A model generated the notes under the pieces. That model saw only the letters and a program-made list of their open reading frames with translations. It did not search any database and was not told the origin of the DNA. From positions 1-45,645 of the forward strand of contig NW_025215348.1 of the NCBI RefSeq assembly GCF_004010195.1: a stretch of 45,645 nucleotides of DNA, given 5' to 3'. The first letter of the stretch is position 1. Each line of letters begins with the position of its first letter. This DNA is from Chiloscyllium plagiosum (lineage: Eukaryota). Of the stretch, positions 1 through 12,785 are shown piece by piece. Position numbers and translations under genes: made by a program.

Positions 1-395
1 AGATTGTCCGTTATCATCACTCTGAGGAACCTGACACTCTCCACCCCATCCACCTCGGCTCCGTTCATGTAGATAGGGGGCGTATCCTCCTCCATTCTTC
101 CTGAAGGCAATGATCAGTTCTTTCACTTTGCTGACATTGAGAGAGAGATTGTTATCATTGCACCACAACAATTCTTTCCTGTATTCTGACTCATTGTTTG
201 ACATCTGGCCTATAACGGTGGAGTCATCAGCAAACTTGTAAATGGCATTCGTATGAAATCTGGCCACACAGTTGCGGGTGGAGAGGGAGTACAATAGGGA
301 GCTGAGTACGCATCTTTGCGGGACACCAGAGTTGAGGATTTTTGTGGAGAAGGTACTGTTGTCAAGCTTCACTGTGGGTCAGGAAGCTGAGGGTT
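1..395 (-). mobile_element. Rex1/Babar-like LINE, decayed RT fragment (runs off the window start)
   Basis: The minus strand reads ...NSGVPQRCVLS.LLYSL...IYKFADDSTVIG...WCNDNNLSLNVSKVKELII, the typical Rex1 RT motifs, with frameshifts. Confidence 0.85.
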
Positions 396-767
396 GGTCT
401 GGACAAAGACTTCAATGCAGATTCACATCCATTGATCTGTGGAAATAGACATGGGGCTAACCTTTCAGTTCTCTCCGACAGGATGAACTTCTAGGCTGAA
501 CTTTACCACAGACTTCAAGACCCAAGCAATGTTAGACCAGAATGCACATCCCAATTCCATGCTTGACAACAGCTAGACAAACCAGTGATTTTACTGCTGG
601 AAGCCTATTAGAGGCCCCTTCCAGTGAAGGATGACGGACCACTCAAACTGGCAGTTCTAGAGCCTTAGCAGTCTCACAGGAAGAGGTGGGTGCTGCTCAG
701 GTATGTTGATGATCTTAAGGGCATGTCAACAAGGATGTTTCTCAGGCAGGACTGTCCAGTGTCAGAC

Positions 768-1510
768 ATATAGAGTCATAGAGATGTACAGCATGGAAAC
801 AGACCCTATGGTCCAACCCATCCATGCTGACCAGATATCCCAACCCACTCTAGTCCCACCTGCCAGCGCCCGGCCCATATCCCTCCAAACCCTTCCTACT
901 CATATACTCATCCTGATGCCTTTTAAAAGTTGCAATTGTACCAGCCTCCACCACATCCTCTGGCAGCTCATTCCATACACGTACCACCCTCTGCGTGAAA
1001 AAGTTGCCCCTTAGGTCTCGTTTATATCTTTCCCCTTTCACCCTAAACCTATGTCCTCTAGTTCTGGACTCCCTCACCCCAGGGAAAATACTTTGTCTAT
1101 TTATCCTATTCATGCCCTTCATGATTTTATAAACCTCTATACGGTCACCCTTCAGCCTCCGACGCTCCAGGGAAAACAACCCCAGCCTGTTCAGCCTCTC
1201 CCTATAGCTCAAATCCTCCAACCCTGGCAACATCCTTGTAAATCGACTCCACTTTCAAGGAGCTATGAACCTGCACTCCAAGGTCTTTTTGTTCAGCAAC
1301 ACTACCCAAGTCCTTACCATTAAGTGTATAAGTCCTGCTAAGATTTGCTTTCCCAAAATGCAGCACCTCACATACTAAACTCCATCTGTTACTCCTCAGC
1401 CCATTGGCCCATCTGATCAAGATCCCATTGTAATCTGAGGTAATCTTCTTCGCTGTCGACTACACCTCCAATTTTGGTGTCATCAGCAAACTGACTAACT
1501 ACACCTCTAT
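768..1510 (-). mobile_element. CR1 LINE (HER1-like), 3' part with an internal deletion near 1243
   Basis: ORF 850..1233 ([27 protein letters not shown]...[14 protein letters not shown]) is a CR1 ORF2 C-terminus. An FADDTK motif lies near 1480 and the tail is (CTATGACT)n-like. Confidence 0.95.
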
Positions 1511-1534
1511 GCAAGATATTTAACTGAATCACTG

Positions 1535-1800
1535 AGGAGCAATCCCAAGCCAGGGGGCCTGGGTTCAAACCCCACGATGGCAGATGGTGGCTTTCACTTC
1601 AATTAAAAAAAACTGGAATTAAGAGTCCAATGATGACCATGAATGCATTGCTGATTGTCAGGAAAACCCCATCTGCCCCCCTAATGCTCTTGAGGGAAGG
1701 AAACTGCCATTCTTACCTGGTCTGGCCTCCACATGACTCCAGGCCCACATGCAACGTGGTTGACTCTTTGCTGCCCTCTAGGCAACCATGGGTGGGTATT
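1535..1800 (+). mobile_element. tRNA-derived SINE, family B (degenerate)
   Basis: B-box GGGTTCAAACCC. The body GGAAGGAAACTGCCATTCTTACCTGGTCTGGCC is shared with the copy at 20070-20435. Confidence 0.8.
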
Positions 1801-1879
1801 TTGGATTCTACAATATTCTGAAATCTCTCCATGGTCTGTAGTCTCATGGTTCCCCACTGATATCTGTTGTGCTTTTCAC

Positions 1880-2740
1880 TGTTAGGAAAGAGTCCTGTTT
1901 CGTGACAAAACTCCAGACGTTGGTGCTATCCCAACTGAGTTTGATAAGGCTAGATGCCAATGCCTCACTAAACTCTGTCAGTCCCTGTTGGCGCACTGAG
2001 TTATCCTGCAAGAAAAGATGGCTCCGTTGTCCACCTGTACAAATGGAAAGGAACTCCCCAACCTTGCGACAAAATCATCCAGGAATCTCACTCCTGGCCG
2101 TCATAAGCAAATATTTCATCGGAAATGCTCTGTGGACTGCTTAGTGAATAATCTCGAGAAGGATTTACTGCCAGGGAGTGCTGTCGGAGAAAGTTGAGGA
2201 AACATTGATATGCTGCTTACAGTTAGACTGCTCTAAGACAAATACCAAGAAGGGAATGTGAGCCACATTTAATGGCCTGACCAAAGCCCTTGACATGGCC
2301 AAGCCATGAAAATGTATGGGAAGTAATGGAGACCCTGAGAAACTCATCACAACAGTTTCATACCAACACGTGGAGACACGTCTGTAATGGTGGAGAGTTC
2401 ACACCCATTCCTGCTCACTAATGGAGTTAAACAGGACTGCACTCGATAACTACCCCTCTTCAGCTTGCATGCACCAGCAACACCCACCAGAGATGTTCCT
2501 GACCTCGCAATGATAAACAGAGATGTTCTTGACCTTGCAATGATAAACTACGTTGACTGGAAGCTGCTCAATCTGACATGACTCCAGCCAAAAAGAAAAC
2601 TTCACAATTTCCTTCTGTCTGATGACTGTGCTCTAGCTGCTGGTTCAGAGCTGGGAACACAACATGGTGCAGACCTCTTCCTCGTTACACCTGACTACTT
2701 CAGCCTTATGACCCTGGGGAAGAATGTAGCAGCGAGCTTC
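1880..2740 (+). mobile_element. RTE (BovB-like) LINE, old RT fragment
   Basis: Degraded motifs across frames: VVHLYKWKG...CD.NHPGISLLAVISKYF; LTKALD; PFLLTNGVKQDC; DDCALAA. Confidence 0.75.
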
Positions 2741-5425
2741 AAGCCTGATTCAGGCAAACCTGATCTTGAGCTCGAAGTTTCCGTCCCTGTCAGCAGGGGG
2801 AGCATCTGGGCAGCACGCCCTGGTGATGACAAGGCACATGCAAGAATTGTCATCCTCTGACAGGCTTTGAGCATCGGTCTCAGAATGAAGAGCATTAAAT
2901 CTTCCTGCCAGAATGGAAGTCTTGGGGGGGGGGTAACATTTGCTAATGCTCTTTGGTTGGGGGGGAGAGAGGTGGGGTGGTTTAAAGTAATGCAGCAGGG
3001 GGATGGGAACCTGAATTAGAGTTCCAGTACACAGGAGGTTGAGCGTAGTGAGGTCAAGGATAGGTTTACAAGGTCGTGAGAGGGCACTGGCAATCAGGAT
3101 GTTGGTTTGAAATGTCTGGACTTCAATGCCAGGAGCATCCAGAATAAGGTGGATGAACTTGCAGCATGGGTTGGTACATGGGACTTCGATGTTGTGGCCA
3201 TTTCAGAGACATGGCTAGAGGAGGGACAGGAATGGCTGTTGCAGATTCTGGGATTTAAATGTTTCAGCAAGAACAGAGATGATGGTAAAAGGTGTTTGGG
3301 GGGAGGTTAATCAAGGGTAGTATTACAGCAGCTGAGAGAACATTTGAGGACTACTGAGGTAGTTTGGACTAAAGTTAGAAACAGGAAAGGAGAGATCGCC
3401 CTGTTGGGAGTTTCTATAGGCATCCGAATTGTTCCCAGGATATAGAGGAAAGGATAATTCTCAACAGGAACAATAATAACAGGGTAGTTATTATGGGGGT
3501 CTTTAACACCCACAATATTGACCGGTCGTACTATAGTTCAAGTAGTTCAGATGGGTCAGTTTTTGTTCAATGTGTGCAGGAGGGTTTTCTGACACAGTAT
3601 GGAGACAGGCCCACAAGGGGAGATGCCATATCGGATTTGGTACTGGGGAATTAATCCGAGCAAATGTTAGAGTTAGAGGTAGATGAGCACTTTGGTGATA
3701 GTGACCACAATTCGGTTTGTTCACAATAGCAATGAGCAAGGATAGGTATATATCGCAGGGAAAAAAGTATAACTGGGGGAAGGCAATTGTGATGCAATAG
3801 GATGCAGAGGATGGGGAAGGAAATTGCAGGGGGTGGACACACGTGAAATGTGGAGCTCATTCAAGGGACAGCGACTGCGGGTCGTTGTTAAGTATACACC
3901 TATCAGGCAGGGAGGTAGTTGTCGGGAGAAGGAGCCATGGTTGACTAAAGACGTTGAAGCTCTCGTCAAGAGGAAGAAGGTGGCTTATACGAGGATGAGA
4001 TGTGAAGGCTCAGTTAGGGGGCTTGAGAGTTATAAGTTAGCCAGAAAAGAATCTAAGGAGAGGGCTAAGAAGAGAAAGGAGACGTTTTTGGTGGATAAGA
4101 TCAAAGAACACCCTAAAGCCATCTATAGGTATATCAAGAATAAAAGACTGACTAGAGTAAGATTAGGGCCAATCAAAGATAGCAGTGGGAAGTCGTGTGT
4201 GGAATCTGAGGACATAGGGGAAGAGCTTAATGAATACTTTTCGTCAGCATTCACATTGTAAAAGGGCAAGGTTAGTGAGAATATGGAGATTACAGGCTAC
4301 TAGATTGGTGGGATTGTGATTGACAAAGAGGAGGTTTTAGCAATCTTGGAAGATCTAAAAATAGATAAGACCCCTGGGCCAGATGGGATTTATCCTCGGA
4401 ATCTCTGGGAAGCCACGCAGGAGATTGTAGAGACTTTGGCTTTGATCTTCATCTCATCATTATCGACAGGAGTAGGGCCAGAAGACTGGAGGATAGCAAA
4501 TGCTGTTCCCTTGTTTAAGAAGGGGAGTCGGGACAATCCTGGTCATTATAGGCCAGTGAGCCTTACTTCGGTTGTGAGTAAGGTGTTGGAAAAGGTTATA
4601 AGAGATAAGATTCATAATCATCAGGAAAGGAATAATTTGGTTAGGGATAATCAACACAGTTTTGTGAAGGGAGGTCGTGTCTCACTAACCTTACTGGGTT
4701 CTTTGAGAAGGTGACCAAACAGGTGGATGAAGGTAAAGGGATTGATGCGGTGTATATGGATTTCAGTAAGGCGTTTGATAAGATTTCACACAGTAGGCTA
4801 TTGCACAAAATATGGATTTTCAGGATTGAAGGTGATGTCGCGGTTTGGATCAGAAATTGGCTAGCTGAAAGAAGACAGAGGGTGGCGATTGATGGGAAAT
4901 GTTCATCCTGGAGTTCAGTTACCAGTGGTGTACTGCAAGGATCTATTTTAGGGCCACCGCTGTTTGTCATTTTTATAAATGATCTGGATGTGGGCGTAGA
5001 AGGATGGGTTAGTAAATTTGCAGACGACACTAAGGTAGACAGAGTTATGGATAGTGCTGAAGGATCTTGTGGATTACAGAGGGACATAGATAAGATGCAG
5101 AGTTGGGCTGAGAGGTGGCAAATGGAGTTTAATGCGGAAAGGTGTGAGGTGATTCACTTTGAAATAAATAACAGGAATGCAGAGTACTGGTGTTAATGAT
5201 AAAATTCTTGGCAGTATAGATGAACAGTGAGATCTCGGTGTCCAGGTGCATAAATCCCTGAAAGTTGCCACCCAGGTTGATAGGGTAGTTAAGAAGGTAT
5301 ATAGTGTGGTGGCATTTATTGGTAGAGTAATTGAGTTTCGAAGCCACAAGGTCATGCTTCAGCTGTACAAGACACTGGTAAGGCCACACCTGGAGTTCTG
5401 GTCACCACATTATAGGAAGGATGTG

Positions 5426-5593
5426 TTGCTGGAAAAGCGCAGCAGGTCAGGCAGCATCCAAGGAGCAGGAGAATTGACGTTTCGGGCATAAGCCCTTCTT
5501 CAGGAATCCTTGGATGCTGCCTGACCTGCTGCGCTTTTCCAGCAAAACATTTTTAAGCTCTGATCTCCAGCATCTGCAGTCCTCACTTTCTCC
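5426..5593. mobile_element. Penelope pseudo-LTR inverted-repeat insertion (family 1) inside the CR1
   Basis: Inverted arms TGCTGGAAAAGCGCAGCAGGTCAGGCAGCATCCAAGGA / TCCTTGGATGCTGCCTGACCTGCTGCGCTTTTCCAGCA. Direct repeat TATAGGAAGGATGTG at 5411-5425 and 5594-5608. Confidence 0.85.
5476..5503 (-). ncRNA. Minimal hammerhead ribozyme core (PLE family 1)
   Basis: CUGAAGA-A-GGGC-UUAU-GCCC-GAAA-CG-UC. Confidence 0.65.
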
Positions 5594-6154
5594 TATAGGA
5601 AGGATGTGGAAGCTTTGGAAAGGGTGCAGAGGAGATTTACTAGGATGTTGCCTGGTATGGAGGGAAGGTCTTACGAGGAAAGGCTGAGGGAAGTGAGGTT
5701 GTTTTCATTGGAGAGAAGAAGGTTGAGAGGTGACTTTATTGAGACGTATAAGATAATCAGAGGATTAGACAGGGTGGGCAGTGAGAGCCTTTTTCCTCGG
5801 ATGGTGAAGGCTAACACGAGGGGATATAGCTTTACATTGAGGGTTGATAGATTTAGGACAGATGTCAGGAGTAGCTTCTTCACTCAGAGAGCAGTAGAAG
5901 TGTGGAATTGCCTGCCTACAACAGTAGCTGACTCACCAATGTTAAAGGCATTTACATGGGCATTGGATATACATATGGACACAGTGTAGGTTAGATGGGC
6001 ATCAGATTATTTTCACAGGTCGGCCCAACATCGAGGGCCACTGGGCCTGTACTACACTCTAACGTTCTAACGTATAAGCTACAGTCTGGGATATGCTGTC
6101 ACGGAAGCCAAGGTTAGAGCTACAAGGACACTCTGAATGTGCAGTTTCAGAGTA

Positions 6155-6255
6155 TGTGCAAACTCCACACAGACAGTCGCCTGAGGCGGGAATTGAACCC
6201 GGGTCTCTGGCGCTGTGAGGCAGCAGTGCTAACCACTGTGCCACCGTGCCGCCCA
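6155..6255 (-). mobile_element. HE1-like V-SINE, 5' part only
   Basis: Reverse complement of GGGCGGCACGGTGGCACAGTGGTTAGCACTGCTGCC...GGGTTCAATTCCC (Pol III A and B boxes). Confidence 0.9.
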
Positions 6256-7009
6256 GTGTCAATTCCATGTCTGACGTAGCATTTGTGCAAACTTTGTTCT
6301 TATTTTCTAGTAAAGATCCCACATTCCTGTTTCACCAATCCTCGCATATGTAAACAGCTTAAAACGATTGCTGATAATTGCACAGGGGTCAGCACCCATC
6401 CAAGCCCCTCAGTCTGAAGCAGACCGTGCCCACAAACAGTAACGACTTGGGCAACGTTCAGGTTTGGGTTTACAAGTGCATGTTAACACAGCTCCCCTGT
6501 GGCCAGCAATGTCCAGTAAGAGAGCATTCAACCATCTCGCCAGCCATCTGCTCTTGATGGTCTGAGGAGACTATAGCATTGTCTTATTGACTGCTGATCT
6601 CCTTTTCCAGGCAGAAACATTGAACTCCTGGCCAGCTGGCAGTGCTGTCTGTTACCATGTCTGTCCCAGGAACGGCACATAATTGAAAACATACTTTAAA
6701 GTAAACTCATGCTCACACAGAATTTTAAGGAGAGTTGGAGAAGGCAAATTATAATATAACAGGTGTCTGATAAATGAATGCGGCAACAGTATTGCTCATA
6801 GTATAGTGACATATAACAGAGGAAATTGATCATTCTGATATTCCCCTACTTTGCATCTCAAAACCCACCTTAGACCTATTTCCAAATCTTTAAACTTATA
6901 TACTTTTCTATCTCGGTGTTGAAATCAAGATTCCTACGATCAATCATTCACTGGGAACTTAAAAGCCTGGGATGCATCCTCTGTCCTTCATTTCCTTGTT
7001 CATTCATGT

Positions 7010-7275
7010 TGGCACGGTGGCACAGTGGTTAGCACTGCTGCCTCGCAGCGCCAGGGACCCGGGTTCGATTCCCGCCTCAGGCGACTCTCTGTGTGGAGAG
7101 TCTCTGCGTGGGTTTCCTCCCACAATCCAAAGATGTGCAGGTTCGGTGAATTGTCCATAGTGTTAGGTGCATTAGTCAGAGGGAAATGGGTCTGGGTGGG
7201 TTACACTTCGGCGGGTCGGTGTGGACTTGTTGGGCCGAAGGGCCTGTTTCCACACTGTAGGGAATCTAATCTAAT
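7010..7275 (+). mobile_element. HE1-like V-SINE
   Basis: A/B boxes, partial V-domain and CR1-like tail GGGCCGAAGGGCCTGTTTCCACACTGTA followed by (ATCTA)n. Confidence 0.92.
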
Positions 7276-7344
7276 CCTTGCCCTTAGAAACTACAGGGTT
7301 CTAAACCCCATGCGTAATTGCTAGCCCCCAGTTTTAAATTAGAG

Positions 7345-7620
7345 AAATTACAGTGTGGAATAGGCCATTTGGCCCATAAGACTTTTGATAGTCCCTTTGG
7401 TCACACAAGACTGGCTCCCCAGCAATCCCTCCCCGGCCCATCCTAGTCAGAGTTTCTTCCTCTCTCATGTGTCTATCCAATTTCTCTCAAAGTGTGTCGA
7501 TACCATTGACTTCAACCGTTTCCCTGTGGTCATGAGTTCCACATTCTAACGGAATAAAGAAGTTTCCCGAATTCTTTATTTGATTTAGTAGCAGCTATTG
7601 GATATTTATACCTCTTCGCA
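7345..7620 (-). mobile_element. Old CR1 3' end remnant
   Basis: ACAGTGTGGAATAGGCCATTTGGCCCA tail motif followed by degraded CR1 C-terminal sequence. Confidence 0.55.
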
Positions 7621-7924
7621 TGGTCTCTTCCACATTTCATTTTCCACATGAGTCTTTATAAACCTTTCAAGTGTCCTCCATAAACCTTTCTGCATTTTAG
7701 AAATGACGAAAGAAGATCACGAGGAACTCCCCCCCACACTCCCTCCCAATCCTGACTTTGCATTTCCCCTTCACAGAAACACCACCCACTCTTTTGAACT
7801 AAAGGCAGATGAGGTTCTGGCTTCACTGGAACATTCTGGTTTGAATCTAAGAATTTCTCTTTGAATGCTCACATGAGAAGTGGCTGTCCCCTGGACACTG
7901 ACATTTATTACCTCTCTCAAACAG

Positions 7925-8242
7925 ACTCAGTGGCCAGCACTGCTGCATCACAGCGCCAGGGACCCGGGTTTGGTTCGAGCCTTGGGTGACTGTCTGTGTG
8001 GAGTTTGCACATTCTCCCTGTGTCTGCGTAGGTTTCCTCCGGGTGCTCCGGTTTTTTTCCAACAGTCCAAAGATGTGCAGGTTAGGATGGATTGACCATG
8101 CTAAATTACCCATAGTCTCCAAGGATGTGTTGGCTAGGCGGGTTAGTCATGGGAAATCCTGGGATGGGCTGGGTCTCGTTGGGATGCTCTTTGAAGGATC
8201 AATGTGGACTTGATGGGCCAAATGCCCTGCTTTCACACTTGA
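7925..8242 (+). mobile_element. HE1-like V-SINE (older copy)
   Basis: V-domain GTGTGGAGTTTGCACATTCTCCCTGTGTCTGCGTAGGTTTCCTCCGGGTGCTCCGG. Confidence 0.9.
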
Positions 8243-8329
8243 AAGCATTGGTTCTCTGGTTTGTTTTGGAGGGCAAGAGAGACAATCACAGTTTTTGGCA
8301 TTAACAATAATGTATAGGCTAGCTTAAGT

Positions 8330-8500
8330 AAGGATAGCATGTTTCCTTCCTTAAAGGACTTCACTAAACCAGATGGGCATTTACAGTGGCTTCATCCTCA
8401 CCATTAGACAAATCATTTTAAAAACGTCCAATTTCATCAGCTGTTTTTGAAGACGGTGGGCGGGATGGGGGAAGGATTTGAACCTGAAGCCAGGATATTG
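8330..8500 (-). mobile_element. SINE family B, degraded
   Basis: TTTCCTTCCTTAAAGGACTTCACTAAACCAGATGGG and GGATTTGAACC match the reverse complement of the 20070 copy. Confidence 0.6.
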
Positions 8501-8504
8501 TCTT

Positions 8505-10035
8505 GGAGTCATAGAGATGTACAGCACGGAAACAGACCCTTCGGTCCAACTTGTCCATGCCGACCAGATATCCCAACCTAGTCTAGTCCCACCTGCCAGC
8601 ACCCGGCCCATATCCATCCAAACCCTTCCTTTTCATTACACCCATCCAAATGCCTTTTAAATGTTGCAATTGTACCAGCCTCCATCACTTCCTTTGGCAA
8701 CTCATTCCATACACGCACCACCCTCTGAGTGAAAAAGTTGCCCCTTAGGATTTATCCTATCCATGCCCTTCATGATTTTATAAACCTCTATGAGATCACC
8801 CCTCAGCCTCCGACACTCCAGGGAAAACAGCCCCAGCCTATTCAGCCTCTCCGTATAGCTCAAATCCTCCAACCCAGGCCAATCTCTTCTGAACCCCTTC
8901 AAGTTTCACAACATCTTCCTGATAGGAAGGAGACCAGGATTGCGCGCAATATTCCTACAGTGGCCGAACCAATTCCAACAGCTGCAACTTGACCTCCCAA
9001 CTCCTGTACTCAATACTCTGACCAATAAAGGAAAGCATACCAAACGCTGCCTTCACTATCCTATCTACCTGCGACTCCACTTTCAAGGAGCTATGAACCT
9101 GCACTCCAAGGTCCCTTTGTTCAGCAACACTCCCTAGGACCTTACCATTAAGTGTATAAGTCCTGCTAATAATTGCTTTCCCAAAATGCAGCACCTCACA
9201 TTTATCTAAATTAAACTCCATCTGCCACTTTTCAGCCCATTGGCCCATCTGATCAAGATCCTGTTGTACTCTGAGGTAACTTTCTTTGCTGTCCACTACA
9301 CCTCCAATTTTGGTGTCATCTGCAAATTTACAAATTAGCCAACCTCCAGTCTTCTGGCACCTCACCTGTGACTATCAATGATACAAATATCTCAGCAAGG
9401 GGTCCTGAAATCACTTCCCTAGCTTCCCACAGGTCTTGGGGGGGGGGGGATTTATCCACTATTATGTGTTTCAAGACATCCAGCATTTCCTCCTCTGTGA
9501 TATGGACATTTTTCAAGGTGTCACCACCCTACAGTCTATATCTTCCAAATCCTTTTCCACAGTAAACACTGATGCAAAATACTCGTTTAGTATCTCCCAC
9601 ATCTCCTGCAGCTCCACACAAAGGCCGCCTTGCTGATCTTTGAGGGGCCCTATTCTCTCCCTAGTTACTCTTTTGTCCTTAATTTGTAAAAACCCTTTGG
9701 ATTCTCCTTAATTCTACATGCCAAAGCTATCTCAAGTCCCATTTTCGCCCTCCTGATTTCCCTCTTAAGTATACTCTTACTGCCTATATAGTCTTCACTC
9801 GATCTATCCTGTCTATACCTGATATATGCTTCCTTCTTTTTCTGAACCAAACCCTCAATTTTTTTAACCATCCAGCATTCCCTATACCTACCAGCTTTTC
9901 TTTCACCCTAACAGGAATGTACTTTCTCTGGATTCTCATTATCTCATTTCTGAAGGCTTCCCATTTTCCAGCTGCCCTTTACTTGCGAACATCTGGCCCC
10001 AGTCAGCTTTTGAAAGTTCTTGCCTAATACCTTGA
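8505..10035 (-). mobile_element. CR1 LINE (HER1-like), 5'-truncated with several internal deletions
   Basis: ORFs 8955..9365 (KFADDTKIGG...WQMEFN), 9328..9516 and 9665..9871 (IKENPKGFY). Same tail as 768-1510. Confidence 0.95.
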
Positions 10036-11525
10036 GCTCTGGTGATATTATGACTACACCAGCCCTCTCCTGAGGGCTACTGTAGAGCTAATGATGATGA
10101 AACAAGTCTCACCTTGTTTACTGATGAACTCGTAAGCTGCTGGAGGATGAATGGCTGTTATTTCCCATCACGGTTTCCGAATTAGGGAATCAGCAAATCT
10201 ACACCAGCAATTTCCATGAGAGATGGCTACAATTTCGGGATTTCCATTTTTTTTTTAACCGACGTTAAAAGTTCTTATGATCTTTCAGAATGTTAAGGCA
10301 CTATATATATATGCCAGTAGTTTCTAAGATCCCAGCTCGTTTCATGTATTCCAAGTCAGGGCTCATTTTGAAAGTGTGCTACTGCAGTCAATCATTCTAT
10401 ATTCTTGTGAATCATTACAATGACATATCAAACACAGGAATGGCACCAGATCATATTTCACTGGCATTCTCACTGAGACATGTTGAAACTCACACCAGCT
10501 TAAATTGGATACAGTGCAGAGAATTCGGGTGAAGTGGGAGGACACAGAGATACACAGAAGTTTCTTAAAAGCACAATTAACATGTGGCATACGCTGAGGC
10601 GGCATATCGTCAGTGTTGTCCAGACAAGTATGAATGAAACGGACTGAGTAATCTCGTGAAAGTACACAAGGTTTCGTTATTAGTAATGAGAGAGAAATTA
10701 AGCCGGGTTTGTGAAATCACACACCATTGAGTGAAGTTCTACCCGCAGTTAAGTTTCGGTTCTGCTCAAATCTGTGAAGCATCGGGCAATTCTGTGCAAT
10801 ATTTAATTTAAACCGTGACATTACTCTGTCCCATGCACAAAGGAGGGGCTTTGTGGTAGCAGAATGATAATAGCACGGGGCGGATTTCCACAGAGTTTGC
10901 TAATCTGGAGAAAGTTGGGGAAACATGTTGTGAAATACAGAGTTCAAAACAAAAACCCACAGGCATCACAGGATTCAGAGAAGAGGTTTATTTACACTGA
11001 AGTGGTGAAGTAAAAAGAGTTTAAAGATGCGATTGAAGGTCATATGCTATGGACTCATTTGTGGATTTATAAATGAACTGGAAAATCACAGGATATGCTC
11101 AGAGTACATGAGGGCATTTTGGAAATAAATATGCAGTCATTGTGTAAAACTCAGTAATCCACGAAAATAACTCCTGTGCGGATGTGTTTTGCACTTTGAA
11201 ACTGGACAACGTTTCTCAATGGTTTTGGAAGTGTGCTGGTTGTTAGTTTGTCAGTTAGATAAATAATGACAAATGTGGTCATTTAATTATCTCAGAGTTT
11301 AAAGGCGGTCCGACTAGAAAGCTTTTGGCAAACATTTATTTGTTTACAAACAATCTGGGTTGATCTGGTGCCACGATTGGGTCAGCTGTGCATTGTCAAA
11401 CAAATTTGGATTGACTGCTTGAGGTGCAGTGTCTCACCCCCCCCCCCCAGCGCACAAAATCATACCACAATACTTCAAACTCAGCATGTTCACATCAGCG
11501 CGAAATTCATCTCAGGGATTTGGAG

Positions 11526-11752
11526 GCGAAAAGTGAGGACTGCAGCTGCTGGAGATTAGAGTGAGGTGCTGGAAAAGCACAGCAGGTCAGGCAGCATCCG
11601 AGGAGCAGGAGAATCGACGTTTCGGGCATCAGGAATTGTGGGGGTGGGAAGGGGGTTGAGAGATAAATAGCAGGGTGGGATTCCTGATGATGGGCTTTTG
11701 CCCCAAAAACACCAGACCTGCTGTGTTTTTCCAGCACCATGCTCTTGACTCT
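11526..11752. mobile_element. Penelope pseudo-LTR inverted-repeat insertion (family 1)
   Basis: Inverted arms GTGCTGGAAAAGCACAGCAGGTC / GACCTGCTGTGTTTTTCCAGCAC. Near-TSD GGGATTTGGAG (11515) / GGGATTTTGAG (11753). Confidence 0.8.
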
Positions 11753-11764
11753 GGGATTTTGAGT

Positions 11765-12000
11765 TGTCCATAGGGCAGTTAAGAGTCAACCACTTTGCTG
11801 GAGTCATATGCAGCCGAGACTAAGTTAAGGAGGGCAGATTTCCTTCCCTGAAGGATAAGGGTGAACTAAGTGGGTATTTACAACATTGACAATTAGATTA
11901 GCTTTTTAATTCAAACATTTTTATTGAATTCAACATCCACCATTGAAATTGGGATTTGGATCCATTTGCCTGGGGCCCCAGATTCATAACCCAGTGACAT
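11765..12000 (-). mobile_element. SINE family B
   Basis: GGGCAGTTAAGAGTCAACCAC...GGCAGATTTCCTTCCCTGAAGGA is the reverse complement of the family B body. Confidence 0.75.
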
Positions 12001-12144
12001 TGGCCTCTGCCTGAAAGCCTAATGAATAAGAACTGCCAATCTCCAGCATCTGCAGGCTTCAGTCTCTCTCCGCAGTTTACCTGAGTTCCATGTCAGCCAC
12101 TGGTCACTGTAATTGTCCATCTCTTCCTCTAGATACAGGGACTA

Positions 12145-12700
12145 GGTGAAAGGGAGGCCTGCAGATGCTGGAGATCAGAGTCAAAAAATGTGGTGCTGGA
12201 AAAGCGCAGCTGGTCAGGCAGCATCCGAGGAGCAAGAGAATCGACGTTTCAGGCATCAGCCCTTCATCAGGAATGTGGGGGTGGGAAGGGGGTTGAGAGA
12301 TAAATAGGAGGGTGGAATTGGGGCTGGGGGATTGGGGGGGCCCCTCCCACTCCCCCCACGACATGCAGCTCCTGGGCCTCCTCCCACCACTACATCCTAG
12401 CCACCCGATGCCTGGAGGAAGAACACCTCATCTTCCACCTTGGCACCCTCCAAACCATGGCGTCAATGTGGATTTCACTAGTTTCCTCATTTCCCCTCCC
12501 CAAGCCTTATCCCAGAGCCAACCCTCCAACTCGGCACTGCCCTCTTGAACCTGTCCTACCTGTCCCTCTTCCTTCCCACCTATCCGCTCCACCTTCCCCT
12601 CCGACCTATCACCATCCCCCTCCCTTCGGCCTACATCTACCTATCACCTTCCCAGCTACCTCCCCCCGAGCCCCACCCCCTTCCTCCTACTGATCTCTCC
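12145..12700. mobile_element. Penelope-like element: inverted pseudo-LTR joined to a GIY-YIG C-terminal fragment
   Basis: The plus strand at 12340-12490 encodes PSHSPHDMQLLGLL...RCLEEEHLIFHLGTLQ..GVNVDFTSF, the end of a PLE endonuclease. Bases 12145-12335 are a reversed pseudo-LTR. Confidence 0.85.
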
Positions 12701-12785
12701 CACTGACGAAGAGGCAGCGCCTCGAAAGCTAGTGTTTCCATATTACCCTGTTGGACTATAACCCGGTGATGTGAGTCTCTCAACC
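12700..12785 (+). mobile_element. PLE family 2 terminal fragment with hammerhead core at 12703-12731
   Basis: CUGACGA-A-GAGGC-AGC-GCCUC-GAAA-GC-UA followed by CCTGTTGGACTATAACC, as at 34378-34580 and 36350-36535. Confidence 0.7.

Larger units (their letters stand above)
2920..6075 (+). mobile_element. CR1 LINE with near-complete but disrupted ORF2 (APE endonuclease plus RT) and the end of ORF1
   Basis: APE start FNARSIQNKVDEL...VVAISETWL (3107). RT motifs KTPGPDGIYP, YMDFSKAFD, GVLQGSILGP, KFADDTK. C-terminus ERVQRRFTRMLPG. Many stops and frameshifts. Confidence 0.97.
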
